A stretch of 60,000 nt of DNA from Lytechinus pictus (GCF_037042905.1 NC_087245.1:23872001-23932000), one strand, 5' to 3'; numbered from the stretch's first letter, positions 23,808 through 37,024 are shown. Made by a program: numbers and translations. The notes: generated by a model from the letters alone, not told the origin.

Positions 23808-26800
23808 GTGAGTCTAGGTTGAAGCATTGGTTGTTCTAAGCGCTCCGAAGCAGAGTTGAACTAATACCATTAAAAGGTTACTGTAATACCGTAATCTAGG
23901 GTTTGGGGTAAAGTATATCTCGGTGCGATCACTGTGATGAGTACAAAGCAAGTGAAACGTGTGATTCACAATTAGCTAATTGACCCGTTGATAGTTTGCA
24001 TAATGTCACTTAAGTTATTTTGTTTAATACATGCCGACTATCTCATCATTCAGACTCAGTAAGCTAATTGACCGAATTGTATGTTTAATTGTTTTGATGT
24101 AGTGAGCTTTTGGGGGTCTGTAAGTTAATTGTCTGCATAATTATACCTCGTTTATAGAAAATCATCTTGTATTGAGTGTTGTTTTAATTAAGGCCGAATT
24201 TTCCCAATGACACTGTCTCTTTCAGAATTTACATGCATATCTTCGCCAGATTCCTTGATTTTTTTTTTTTATATACTAGTCTCCTATCATTTTGTTAACA
24301 CTAACAATATGTAAATAACAATTTTTTCAAGTTGCTCAATAGATTTAGGTGTCGTTTAACCACACTGTTTGAAGTGCAGGGACTGTGTACTTCAATCATT
24401 TTTTTTTTACGCTTAGTTCCTACCCGTATAATTATTACCAGTGTAACATTATATTCTGTCAATTTCTTTTTTTGTTATGCAAGGTGAAAAATAAAACAAA
24501 GAAACTTAAGTCAGTAGGGAGTTTTTGCTTTCACGGCGCACGACATGTTTAAGAACATAGAAAATGTATTGTCAAATGCCTTTTATGACAAAAGAGTATC
24601 CAAGAAGTCTTTGTCGAAAATTAGTGAATCAAAACACCAGTTTCGTCCCGGACCCCGGACCAACGACGTATTTGCAAATTTTCGTCAGCTCCGAAACTTG
24701 GGACAAAAATGCTGTTCCGATTCACCAATCTTCGACAAACCCCTCCCAGCTGTTCACTGTCCTTTGACGGGATGTGCTCTTGAATTCTAACGTCTCTTTC
24801 TGCTGTAGGCTCATCGTAGAGGATTGAAGGATATAGAAGTTGCGGTCATCTTTAGTCTACAGGCTCTCACGTCTACCATCATATCTCCAATAGTTGGCAA
24901 ATTTGTAAGTTTGAACGGGAACAGGGGGATAAAGTAAAAAGTTAAGGATATGAATTGGAGGAGAGGAGAGGGATTGAGCCAGAGGGATGGGAAGGAAAGC
25001 GGACAAGAAGAGATGGGGAGTGAGTTGTGATGGTGGAGTAAAGAGGGAGAGGGGAGAAAGACCTTTAACTCTAATGTTAGGTCACCTGTAGATGGAGGAA
25101 GCTTGGGGCCATCTCCCAAAAATTGACAAAGAAAAGAAGAGTAAATTAAAGACAAGGAGAAGAGAAAATGGTAAGAAATAATTTATTTTCAATATGTCAA
25201 AATTCATTGCAAAATTAGATTTTAATTTTCGTAAAGATCAAAATCTTTGCGCTCTCGCTTCGCTCGATCGGGACTTTTTTCTATGAGGGGGGGGGGGGGG
25301 GCTCAGTACACCACTGCAAGCAGCTGAAATTAGGGGGAGATCAGCCCAACCAACTCAACTATACACAACAAAAAAAGTAAGTCCCCCCTTAATCAAATAG
25401 CTGTGACTTTTGAACATAATTATTTCGAGATATGATATTTCGTATGTGGTTTTCTACACTCATTGTGGCTCCCCCGATTATAGGCCCCTCCCCCCATTTT
25501 AAAGTTCTGGATCCACCACTGGTTTGTCCATGAATTAAACTGATCATGAAAAATTGTTAGGAAAAGAATGCACTTATGCAGTATAAAGAGTATTAATTCC
25601 TAAGTTTTCGAATGTGCTCGTTCAACCATGAAAATGTTAAAAGTTCGGAAAGTGTGTGGTGATAGAAATGATGGATGATAAAAACGACAGCAATTTAAGT
25701 CACATTTGAAACCGAATTTGCCCCCAATATTCACTTAATTATTACCCTTTAAAATGAGTCTGTGACGTTGAAAATACAAATTTTTCCACTTTGATGCGTG
25801 CTCACTCATCCATAAATAAACAAATCGACTTCATTTTTGCACAGAATTCTGCCCATAGGTTGATAAACATTACTGCCAAATGAAACTGCTATAGACAGCC
25901 TTGGAAAAAAGTTCCATCATATTGAATAAGGGGTTACTTATTCTTAAACATATGCACCCATAATGTACACAAGTCTATGAGAGAGGAAGTCAACATTTTA
26001 ACAAATATGAAATGAGGGTTTGTTTCATGGACGGTTTTTATTACTTCTGCCAACAGTTATTTCATGAAACTTCGCACATAGCTTCAGAGTAACACTATCC
26101 AAAAGGCGCGCACACCAAAATTACCATTCGATACGGCACAGAGTGGGGCCGAGGCCTTGAACTTTCTTCTCATTTGCATAATTTTCGAATATTGTGTGCT
26201 CACTGATGCATTAAACATCGGGATTTTCGTAAAAATCAAATCAAATGAACTATGCAAGGAGGGTTGTGACAGATATCCATAGTTACAAATTGCATTTTTT
26301 CCAATAACGTAAAAAAAGAGCTAATCACATTCCATATGTTCATTCAAGCGTGAATGTTTAATTAAACGCCTTTGAATCATTGAAGCATGTTAATTGGTCA
26401 TGAACATAACGAAAAAGTTGAGAAAATATCATTTTCAGTTACCAAAATGAAACAATATTTGCCTATGATATTTGAATCCGTATTTTTGGTTTTCAATAAA
26501 TGTTCATTGAACCGTGAAATTATGAATATTGTTGAAAATACTCTTCCCAAAAATAACTCATCATATTCTATCATTTTTATTGATAGAAATGTGTAAAAAT
26601 CCAATTATAGCAAATTTAGACTTGTGTTTATTCAACCGTGAAATTTAGCAAAAAAAGTTGTATCGTCTTTTAGAAAGTACCTTTTACAAGCCTTCTGACT
26701 ATCTTTCATGATGAGAATGTGCAATTAGTGCTAATAAAATGGAATCAAAGTCATGATATTTGTCTTGTGACTTTTGAAAAGTGACATTTTTGCCTTTTGA

Positions 26801-29800
26801 CGGTGCTCACTGAAGCAAGACGTAAAATACGTCCGTAACATTTACTCAGAGGGTAGCTTATAAAATTACCTACACGCTCATGTAAAAATATATTAAAAAC
26901 TCGCATTGGTTCGGAAATTATTGATGTTTGTTTAAGGGGGGACTTACTTTTTTGTTGTGTATATATCATAATTATGTGAAGTTAAATCATTAAATATAAT
27001 AGTATATTTTTCGCATTTCCCTAATTAATGAATCGTTATACTTTTTCTAATTTTTACCACTATCAATCTCCTGAATAGTTACCAATGATTGGTGCAAAAG
27101 TGACCCTTGTGTCCGGTCTATTCCTCGAAGCTGCAGGGAATGTATTATTCGGGTAAGTTTTGACCATCTTATCAAAATCAATCATTGTCAAATGTCCTCA
27201 TATCAGCTTTGACCCTACAAAAAATCCAACATCTTTGTGCACCGTCACGATCGTGGCAAAGATATAATATCCCGAAGATAATCGGAAATGCCTTTGATGC
27301 CGTGTTTAATCATCAAAGTCAAAGAAAGACATTGTATTTTCACCAGACAATTATAACCATGGAGCTACTAACGAACTATTACAACTGCTCCATCATGCGA
27401 TTATAATTTTTCCCATCTACAGACACTATTTGTTCATGTGCAACAAAGATACCTACATGTATTTAGGATTCATTGGTTTTATCCATTATTAATCGTGATT
27501 CTTAGGATGGCGTCATTGATATTTTCTCCCGGAAAAGAATGCATCATTTTGGCGCCTGGTTCCTACGTCAGGAAAACGACAATCTGTAATCGACTGACTT
27601 TTTTTTTCTTCTAGGTATTGCGTCAAACTTCATTCTACGACAGCTTTCATCGCATTCGCATACATCACTCGTATTATGGTAGGCCTCGGTGTGGGGACAT
27701 CGGTTACGGCTACTATGACCATAAACGCAAATACATTCCCCAATCATATCGCCCGAACAGTAGTAAGTAGCATAGCCCCTATTCCCTAAACTTAGTAGAT
27801 TAATAATTGGTTATGAAATCACTAAATCTGTGCTGATAACAAACTAGCAATATAACCAGTTAACCGGGAAGTATTATATTCTGACAATTCTTTTTTTTTT
27901 TACTTCTTATATGGATTCATTAGATAGTTTTCGCGCGCACAACGACGTACGTGATTCAAGAACATAGAACATGTCAAATACCCTTCATGACAAAGAGCAA
28001 CCAAGAAGTCTTTGTCGAAAATTGGTAAATCAAATCGGTACACTGCAAAAACTCCGGTGTTGATTTAACACCAGCTCGGAATCTATATATGTCCACACCA
28101 GAGAAGTATTGAAACATGTATAAACATGTATTTATACGTGTATAAACACGTATCTGGTGTTAGACCAAAACGAAACTGGTGTTGTTTAACACTTCTTTGG
28201 TGTGGACATAATAGATTCCGGGCTGGTGTTAAATCAACACCAGAGTTTTTGCAGTGTAGTTTAGTCCTTGACTCTGGACAAACACACATGCATTTGTAAT
28301 TTTTCGTCAGCTCCGAAACTTAAGACGAATCTTCTCTTCCGGTTCATACATTTTCGACAAAGACCTCCAACCTGTACCTTGTCATCTGAAGGGTATTTTA
28401 TATATAGATTTACTGTGTTATTGAGTCTTCCGTACGTCACGGAGATAAATCTCCTGATATAAAGATCACGACTTAACACTTCTTTCACTTAATTCTTTTT
28501 GTTATTGATGCTCGGTCAGAATCGATTTAAATGACGATGGACGATCAATATCGTTGACGATACACAATTACCAAAACTTTTATAATTCTATAGTTTCTGG
28601 GACAAAATGGAAAAATGAAAAACAAAAAAAAGGCAATCAAAAGAAGCAAAAACGAGTATTTTCAAATCATAGTGCATTTGTGCAGCAGAGTGTCCTTCTA
28701 TCATAATTAAAACTGGTCAACTCAATATTTCCTCCATGTACAATGAATTGTTTCTTCACATACATAAATGATAATCATGAAGCGAAACTCAACCCTATTG
28801 TACACACTCCCTTTGAAAATAAGTTAATTTTAAATCTTTGCTTTTTTTATCAGGGTTTGCTGGAGACTACAGCAGGTCTCGGTCTCTTACTGGGACCTCT
28901 CTTTGGTGGACTCCTTTATCAGGTAACATTCTTTATTTTTATCACATAGAAAATGTCCCATCATAAGCACATTACTATAATTATCATTGTTTGTTATATC
29001 TATCAGTCATTATACACTATCAGTGAAACAATGGTGAAAACATTCAAACATTAGCCTATAAAAGCATGATTCAATATTCAGCAATTAATCCCCATATCTA
29101 AATATGATTACATTAGAAATTTGTTTATTTTTATCTCTATTTTTGTCTATGTATACATTCATTCATTCTTCTTCTTCTTCTGGAAACAGTACAGTCCACC
29201 GTCTGGTGCATTGTCGTACTGTCATTACTGTCCCTTTACTTAAGTATTTTGAGATAATTTTCAAATATTTGAAATTTAGATCAGAATATTCCTGACCATT
29301 TCATCTACAAAATGTATAATGCTGCAAAACGGCAACATCTCAAATAATGATTCAAGTAAAAGCCAGCTATCCCGTTTTCATTCGCCTGATGATCATCCTC
29401 CGTATAAACTTTACCCATACAAGATCTGCCTCGGGCGGCTCATGCTTCATGCGCAAATCATAATATTTATTTATTAATCATGAAAGGTCATTTGTGCATA
29501 ATCTTCCTATGAATAAAATGAAGAAATTTAAAAGCGATGATAAACATCTTGGTTTTTCATGTGTGGGTTAATAAATGGATTGCGTATCTTGCTCTGTGTG
29601 GATGCCAGCGGCGGTAATCCTTTTTATGAGTGGAAAGCATATGAGAAAGAATATTTGAATTATCATGATAGTCATTTTGGTTATGCAAGGATGATCAGTG
29701 ATTCCCGTGTCTATCCTTTTGCAATCGTCTTACTTGACTTGGGAAGAGTTCTAAATAAATATCTTCAGTCTTTTATAGATTTTTTTGCATTTTAAAAACC

Positions 29801-32800
29801 CTGTTAAACAAGTGGAACTACCTATAAGCAACAGTACTTTCGTTTCGGCATTACAAAAAAAGAAACAGAAACAAAAGGAATTTTATCAGAGCAATCAGAT
29901 CCAAAATAAAAGTTGATTGCACATCAAACAAAAATGAAACGCTTTTTACCATTCCAAAACGATAAAATGTTGAAATTTTGTAGAAATGTTATTCCCCGAA
30001 GGAAATGTAAACGATAAGGAAACATTTTGCACTGCACGATTTCTTTAATACAACTCCCAATTAAACAGAAATGTCATTCTACTAGACCGAGGCCATTTTT
30101 TTCCTTCTATCTAGAGTTTTAAAAAATCATCAATTTTCATTATTGTTCCATATTTTATCTTTTAATATTATTCTTGAGATTAGATGTACTTTCATGAAAT
30201 CCGTGCCTATAATAATACTTATTACTTATTAATTAATTCATCTATAAATCTGGCAATTTTTATTTCATAGATTGGAAAATCGAGTTACCTTTTGCCTTTT
30301 GTGGTAATCGGTGGTTTGGACATGGGTTCCATGCTCTTTTCACTTTACTTCCTTCCATCACAAAGTAAGTCCCTTTTTGGCACAATTTGAAAGAAGTATA
30401 TCAGCTTTACAAATAAATTATGAACCTTCTCATGTTGTCACCTTGACGTCAAATATTTCTTTGTGATTAAAACAAAACAAAGAGAGAGATGGGGGCGGGG
30501 GTGGGTCGAATGAACTTTTGACCAAAACCTTTCAAAGAACAGCAGTTATGAATTAAAAAAAATTATGTGACGTCAAATGCTAGCTGTTTCCTCTTAATTT
30601 GTAAATTGTCATTTAAATGTTTCATGATGACCGCACGCACTATATCCTTTTTTTCAAAGACATGGAAGAGGCGTGTTTGAAATAATGTTTGTAATTGAAT
30701 GCAAAAAAATATATAACATGAAAGTGACAATATGTTATGGGTGGGGGCAAGGGGCTTCTTGCTGTATTTTGTTATACTCTCATTTTTCTGCTTTTGAAAA
30801 AAATATATAAAAGAAAAACACATTAGCGGACTGGGTGCACTCCCCTTTTAATGATTTTGTTATAAAAATACTTATTCAGCATTTCACTCTAATATATTTC
30901 GATATTTTCGTCTTTATTGCAGTCAAATTATTATATTGATGTTTGTTTCAGAATGTAAAGCTGAAGAGTCCGGTTCTGTATCCGAACTGCTCCGGATCCC
31001 GTGGGTGTGGCCGATAGCGATGGCAGCTTTCTTGGGCAGTGCAACACTCGGTTTCTTAGAACCGACTTTCTCGGTCCATGCAACCAACTTTACCGACAAC
31101 GCTTTCTACATCGGTTTGCTATTCATGCTTGTCAGTGGTTCCTACGCCGGAAGTTCTCCATTGTGGGGTTGGATTGGGGACACTTTTGTAAGTTACTCCA
31201 TTTCCACCACATGAAACATGTCTAACAAGTAAAGTTTCATGCGCAAAGAACTTTGAACCAAAATGTATGACCCAGTGTTCTTTGGAACCAGATATGAATA
31301 AAAAAAAATTGCGTTTGGTGAGCTGAAAGGGGGCTATTATAGTATGTGTAGGGTGTAGAATTTGTGGCGCACATGGGGTGGGGGTGATGGTTTTGAACAT
31401 GTCCAAATCCTTTAAGCGTGGATATCTTATCAATCATAAAAGATGTCAATGGATACACAGGCTTTTGGGTTTTGTTTTGTGTTGGAATTGTGCTTATTTC
31501 ATGGATTGTATTGTGGTTGATAATGGGCGTTTTTTAGAGAGAGGTAGTGGTTTGAAGCTATGTTAGGATGCTGAGGATAAGATCAGGTTTCACTGCCCAT
31601 GTTAATCATTATTTAAAGAGCAGAGAACGTTTGGTTGGAAAAAGGATAGTTTTTTATCAAAAAATTTGGGTGGTGAGAGGATGCATTTCCCATACAGGGA
31701 ATACATCCTCTCACCTTGTGTTTTTTTAGATTGGAAGTGAATGTTGGGGTAGTTAGTGTACTCACTTTAGTTGGAGATGTTTATGTTTGGATGTGTCCGA
31801 AGTCCCACCCTGCCTGCTAAGTGCTAAGTTAGTGGTCGGCGCATGGGCGAGGATCGGCCGAGGCAGGTGCGCGCGCCTGCCCAATCGCCTAGTATAGCTT
31901 AAACAAATTCCAATCTTATCAACTAGAAACTTTCACTACAGGATAATTTTTGACCGCTTTTTCTGGTAGTGTTATCAGATTTTCACGATATTAAGTACTT
32001 TCTGAGATATACGACTGTCCACGAAATATGGTCACGCGCGAAGTAAGGTCACACGACCATACTTTTCACTTATCCATCACCCTGAATAATACGGCGAACA
32101 ATGTCAATGATGACCCACATATGCGATATGCAGTGTGCACATAATTATGTGATGCACTAAATATAGCTGCGTTTTCTTTTTCGAATAAAAAACGTGTACG
32201 ATGATCAAATCGAACAAGATAATTCTCAAATCGGAAAGTATCCGAGAGCAACAAAACCTCTGTACCCGGGGGACGTTGTTTACACTATGAGAAAACCTAC
32301 TAAAACAACAACGCCTGAGTATTCATTGAAAATAAAGAATAATAAATTAGTTGCTATTGATACCCATTCTTTTGTACGCACAGATATCGCCCGACGATGA
32401 AACTTAAACCGGCTTTATGAGTTTTCTTGGACAATCATGTTGTGCATCTTTGAAAGGAAGTGGCTTCCCCCGAACGTATTATGGTACAGGGGTAAAAAAA
32501 CGTCATCAATCACGTGACATATAATAAAAAAACCGTATTTTCTTTGTAATCAGTTTCAACTTTTTTAATTTCAAGTCATTGATATGTAAGTTAAACCATT
32601 AAGTGTTGTATCCATGTATTTCCCCAAAAAATGAAAAATGCCAACATAAAAAACGAGCGTTATTTAGTGACGACAAAGATTCTGCTAACGAAAGTTAATG
32701 AAATGTCCCGAAAAAGCTTAATATGTGAAGAGCGCCGCACACGGCGTTCCAGGAACAGGGCGTCCAGTGTAACAATGATTTCATAAAGGAACTTAAAAGA

Positions 32801-35800
32801 AATCTAGATCACTATTTCTATAATTTTGTGCCCTCCATGTCTTGTAATCTGCCTCTCTCACCTTTCTTCTCTGTCTTTCTCTCCTTATATTTTCCCTTTC
32901 CGTTATTCACTACCCATCCCCCTCTCTCTCTCTTTCTATCTTCTTTTCATTTCTCTTTTCTCTCTTCCCCATCCTCTCTTATTCATTTCTCTCTCCAAGT
33001 TTTGTATCTATCTCACTGTCTCTTTCTCTTTATTCATTTGTCTACTGCAGGCCATGACACGAGTCTGTTTAATAGTAGGTCTTCTCTTGGACAGCTTCGC
33101 ATTTCTTCTTATTGGGCCCTCACCTCTATTGCATCTTCCAAGGTAAGTGTGATCACCGATTCACTTATTGCGTTTGCTTCCAAAGAGGGTTGTGAACGAT
33201 GTCACAATGATGATTACGGTGCAGCAAGACGAACTTGAAAAAAATACAAATATACACAATTTATTGCAATTTTCTTGAATATTATTCATTGATTTCTGCA
33301 ATAACCAATGAATGGAAACATATTCGTCAACACTTTGTTGAGACCTTATCCATAGAATTTCTGTTGAAAAAATGGTAAAGTTCCCGGCTTCGCAAATAAA
33401 ATGAGCATCCATTTTAAATGAACCGGTTAATATAATTGGGGTAAACAGAAATTTTTACGATATGGGCTTGTCTGAATCTAATTTATGTATATTCTGTCCT
33501 TTTCCCTGTAACTCAACAATTTATTTAAAACTTCCAAGCCTCTTTTTTTAACAATGGCGTGTTCATTTCTGTTTGGTTGCCCTCAATACTGTAATTGTAA
33601 ACGATTATATTCTTCACTCTAAATATTTCATTTTTTCGACACGTTGTATAATTGTTTTCGTGTTTGATTTTGAATAAAATATTTCTATGTAAAAAAAAAA
33701 AGACGAACTTCATCCACCCAGATCAATTTTCAACACTTTTTCATAAAAATGTGATATTTGTCGATTTTTTGTATTAAGCTTATGTAGGACATATATTTTA
33801 TGTTAGCAATAGCATCATCTTGTAACTATATCTGCTATATTATGTTGAAATTGAAAAAAGAAACATAAACGCACTTCAACAAAATGCCAGTGAACCAGAA
33901 TGACATCGGGCAAGTGTTTCAAGAAAGAACTCACCGAACGTTTTATCTGACAAGTCACGTTTTGTCCGGCAGTTACCATAGCAACAGTGCTTTTAACAAA
34001 ATCAAGTAAAGTTGTCAAATTTGACAACTTCTCTGACAAAAAATGTTGATGAAATGGTCCCCGGATTTAAAGCAGACCTACACCAGGGGAGCCGAGTTTC
34101 ATCAACACTTTTGTTTGACAAGTTGTCAGATCTGACATCTTTCCTTGATTCTGATTGGCTGAGAGGCACTGTTACTATGGTATTTGTCGGATAAAACGTC
34201 CGACAAGTCCTTCATGAAACACTCCCCGGGTGCAATGGGGTGGGGACATTTTCATGAAAGGATCCTTCGTCTGATTTGTGAATAACCTATAGGTGCTTCT
34301 TGTTAGCCAAGAAAATTAAGGAAAGTTGTCAGACCTGACAATATATTAATCATACGACAAATGTTGATGAAACGCTACACAAAACAAGCCAGGCCATATA
34401 CAGATCGACTTCAGACTGATTTTAACATAACATACAACACTGTAAAATCTTGATTGCTTTAATATCTCCTTGATTATTTTTTACTTCAGTCGCTTGTGGA
34501 TCATCTGCATCGGTTTGATGTTGTATGGCATCGGTGATGGCGCTGTTATAGTTTCTTCAATTGGTGACATGTTTAGTTTAGCTGTGTAAGTATAATGCTA
34601 TTCTTTAAAAAAAGATCGTAATACTGGACATTATATCATTTATTTTCTTTGCTAAATTTCACATTTCAGAAATGAGCCTATAGGCCAAGATTAGGCTAAT
34701 AATGATGATGTTTGGCAAATAAAGTATGGACCTCAAGGACAGAAGTTTATATTTTGAATAAAACTGAAAATAAGAGAAAAGTGTATGATTTTTTTTTCAT
34801 TTTGATGATTTTTTTATGTCATCAAGTCGGAATGATTGAACATTTGGGTGTCTGAATTGTGATCTTGCTACGAACACATGAATTTGATATTTTCATTTAT
34901 CTATATATGTTTGCTATTAAATTTCCAGACAATATGATTTACCAGAGGATATCCGAACCTACAGCGTAGTATCGGGAGTATTCAACTGTGCCTATTCGTT
35001 AGGGTAAGTTTATAATCAACCCATTTATAAACTTTTCCTGTGTTTCCCTGTGGAATGTTCTAGCCTGTAATCAAACTACCCATTGCCTTTCGTAGAGGTG
35101 GAAGAATAATATTCCACATTTATATAGCGCTTAATACATCGGAACGACGTCTCTAAGCGCTTTTTACAGACATAAGAATGACAAATGGAGAAACTTTGCC
35201 CCCAAAAGGACGTATGAAGGTGAGATCCGAACCCTGGACCTTGTACGTCAGCAACGCTTCTAACTATCTGATATGAAGCATACATGAACATTTTTTCTGG
35301 CGCTCTCGCATTCCACCGACATTAATGCTAGTTGAATACCACTTTCTGATCCTCTTTTATCCGCTTTCTTTCGTTTTTTTTTGTTCAATAATGTTTTGTT
35401 AATCACCAGCTGTCTTTGTGTGCTGGCTAAATTATTTTTACTTTGATTCGTACGGCCTGGATGCATTTATCTCTGTATGATCAAATTCAGATATTGTATC
35501 TTCGCTTTTTGACATGATTGGGGTCATTCTAATACGATAAGATGCTACAAAGGAGAAAGAAAAAGTAGTGGTAAATATTGGATAAGAAAAGGAGAGTATA
35601 AGAAGAGTAAGCAGAAGAAAATATGATTTCGAGTGGGAAGATGGAAAGAGGAGGAATGAGGAAATTTGAGGTGATGTAGAAGAAGCAAATATATTGAAAA
35701 GAATTGTGCGACCTATATTTTTTGCCTATAGCGCATTTCCCTTTTCTGTTTTTAAATATTTTTCATTGTATTTTCATTTCGCTTTCATTCCCATTGGTTT

Positions 35801-37024
35801 TACGAACATCGGTATCTTCATTCTCGAACGTCATCATCATCATCATTTTCACCATCATCGTTACCTCTGTCGTCGTCACCACACCGTTCTCATCGGCATC
35901 ATCATCACTGTCGTCGTCTTTGGAATCATCGCCGCGATAACAGGACAGTCTTCGGGCCCTGGGTAGCAGGGGGCTTACTGTATCAAGAGTATGGTTTTAA
36001 TAACACGTCACAGATAATGTCTCTTGTACTTCTAGCCATGGCCTTCGTCGTCAGTGTATCATCGGTAGCTGAACACCATTGGAGAAAAAGGTGAGACCAT
36101 TTCTTCTTATTTCAAACCGAAACAACTATTATATACATATATATCCTATGTAAATACACTTTTATTGATGAAGTAATAACTTAAGGGCCAAGTCCAGGCT
36201 AAAAAAATGAGTTTCAGTGGATATGCCTAAATATATAAAAATCAAATGGAGCATAAATGTGAAAATTTCATTTCGGATGTAGAACAAGAAAATTAAGGTA
36301 TTGTAAAAAATTCGCCTATTTCACACAAAGGTTATATATCCTAGTCAGTTTGCAAAATGACGGAGCCGATGATAAAACCCACTTACTATGTCGATTTGTC
36401 CCAAGAATATGAAAATATCTCCCGTTTGTTTCACCAGATCCTGCATTTTATCAATATGTAATATACAAAGATAATTTTTTTAAGTAGAAAATATTATCCA
36501 TCGGATGGTCGAGGTTAAAATCAACTCTCGTAATGGACAATCCACATAGTGGAAAGTAGGAATAGGCCAATAAATTCACTCACTTTCCACCAAGGTCTTT
36601 TGAGATTAGAATTTTATGTTGTCCCTTTACTTTATGTCCCTTTACTTTACAAGACGGGAAATTTACTGAGAACGCTAAATATTAAACAATATAATTCGTT
36701 TAAGCGTGTACACAGTCAAGGTAACGTATAACGTGCCAATTTTCCCACAAACAACTCTTTTTTGTCGTGTAAAGTGAAGTCACAAGCAAGATCTAAACTG
36801 ATACTTATATTAATATTGTTACCTTAAACCATCAATCAACGTCTTAAATGCATATTGAATTTACTAATTTTGTTTCATTTTGTGCCAATTGTTCTTAATT
36901 CAGACAAAAGAGATTGGGGAAGAACGTGAAGGATTCATATAACATCCAGACGGACAATGCGATCCCCGAGACAGTGCCCCTCTTCCAACAACCAAAGGGT
37001 AAAAAAACACCCCCAGAAAGCTGA
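23379..37024 (+). CDS. SLC18B1: MFS-type transporter SLC18B1-like (vesicular amine/polyamine transporter family), 12 coding exons, 558 aa
   Basis: Exons 23379-23807, 24809-24904, 27079-27152, 27615-27762, 28854-28922, 30271-30364, 30952-31187, 33051-33142, 34490-34585, 34929-35003, 35944-36090 and 36904-37024 total 1677 nt in frame, all GT-AG. Motifs FSIMAPFFPNEA, GLLETTAGLGLLLGPLFGGLLY, LGFLEPTFS, SSPLWGWIGD, FLLIGPSP and SGVFNCAYSLG are typical of SLC18B1. An in-frame stop lies upstream of the ATG. Confidence 0.9.
24528..24770 (+). repeat. Interspersed repeat, paralog of 27927-28390
   Basis: Shared AAGAACATAGAA, ATGACAAA.GAG..CCAAGAAGTCTTTGTCGAAAATT and TTTTCGTCAGCTCCGAAACTT. Confidence 0.75.
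24809..24904 (+). CDS. SLC18B1: SLC18B1-like coding exon 2
   Basis: AHRRGLKDIEVAVIFSLQALTSTIISPIVGKF; AG/GTAAGT. Confidence 0.88.
25364..26959. mobile_element. ~1.6-kb TA-flanked non-autonomous DNA transposon (Tc1/mariner-like)
   Basis: TA|CACAACAAAAAAAGTAAGTCCCCCCTTAA ... TTAAGGGGGGACTTACTTTTTTGTTGTG|TA; no transposase ORF seen. Confidence 0.85.
27079..27152 (+). CDS. SLC18B1: SLC18B1-like coding exon 3
   Basis: LPMIGAKVTLVSGLFLEAAGNVLFG; AG/GTAAGT. Confidence 0.88.
27615..27762 (+). CDS. SLC18B1: SLC18B1-like coding exon 4
   Basis: YCVKLHSTTAFIAFAYITRIMVGLGVG...FPNHIARTV; AG/GTAAGT. Confidence 0.88.
28041..28256. mobile_element. Palindromic CACTG-terminal MITE inserted in the 27927-28390 repeat
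   Basis: TA|CACTGCAAAAACTCCGGTGTTGATTTAACACCAGC ... GCTGGTGTTAAATCAACACCAGAGTTTTTGCAGTG|TA. Confidence 0.88.
28854..28922 (+). CDS. SLC18B1: SLC18B1-like coding exon 5
   Basis: GLLETTAGLGLLLGPLFGGLLYQ (MFS motif C region). Confidence 0.9.
30271..30364 (+). CDS. SLC18B1: SLC18B1-like coding exon 6
   Basis: IGKSSYLLPFVVIGGLDMGSMLFSLYFLPSQ; AG/GTAAGT. Confidence 0.88.
30952..31187 (+). CDS. SLC18B1: SLC18B1-like coding exon 7
   Basis: ...LLRIPWVWPIAMAAFLGSATLGFLEPTFS...SSPLWGWIGDTF; AG/GTAAGT. Confidence 0.9.
31221..31892 (+). mobile_element. Putative non-autonomous Helitron (3' hairpin plus CTAG|T end; 5' boundary uncertain)
   Basis: GC hairpin GGCAGG-TGCGCGCG-CCTGCC followed by CAATCGC-CTAG|T. 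Confidence 0.5.
33051..33142 (+). CDS. SLC18B1: SLC18B1-like coding exon 8
   Basis: AMTRVCLIVGLLLDSFAFLLIGPSPLLHLP; long CT tract upstream, GTAAGT donor. Confidence 0.88.
33907..34378. mobile_element. Three adjacent ~150-bp MITEs of the GGGGAGCGTTTCAT..ATGAAACGCTCCCC family
   Basis: Copies at 33907-34062, 34086-34227 (inverted) and 34242-34378; related copies at ~5335-5460, ~45957-46120 and ~49050-49190. Confidence 0.7.
34490..34585 (+). CDS. SLC18B1: SLC18B1-like coding exon 9
   Basis: RLWIICIGLMLYGIGDGAVIVSSIGDMFSLA; AG/GTAAGT. Confidence 0.87.
34929..35003 (+). CDS. SLC18B1: SLC18B1-like coding exon 10
   Basis: QYDLPEDIRTYSVVSGVFNCAYSLG; AG/GTAAGT. Confidence 0.87.
35944..36090 (+). CDS. 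SLC18B1: SLC18B1-like coding exon 11
   Basis: TVFGPWVAGGLLYQEYGF...EHHWRK; acAG/GTGAG. Confidence 0.85.
36904..37024 (+). CDS. SLC18B1: SLC18B1-like terminal coding exon
   Basis: QKRLGKNVKDSYNIQTDNAIPETVPLFQQPKGKKTPPES*; ttcAG acceptor, TGA at 37022-37024. Confidence 0.8.

Noticed and set aside
25364..26959. Possible autonomous transposase
   Set aside because: No long ORF or DDE motif is visible on either strand
32826..33050. Hydrophobic ORF extension upstream of exon 8
   Set aside because: CT-rich intronic polypyrimidine tract
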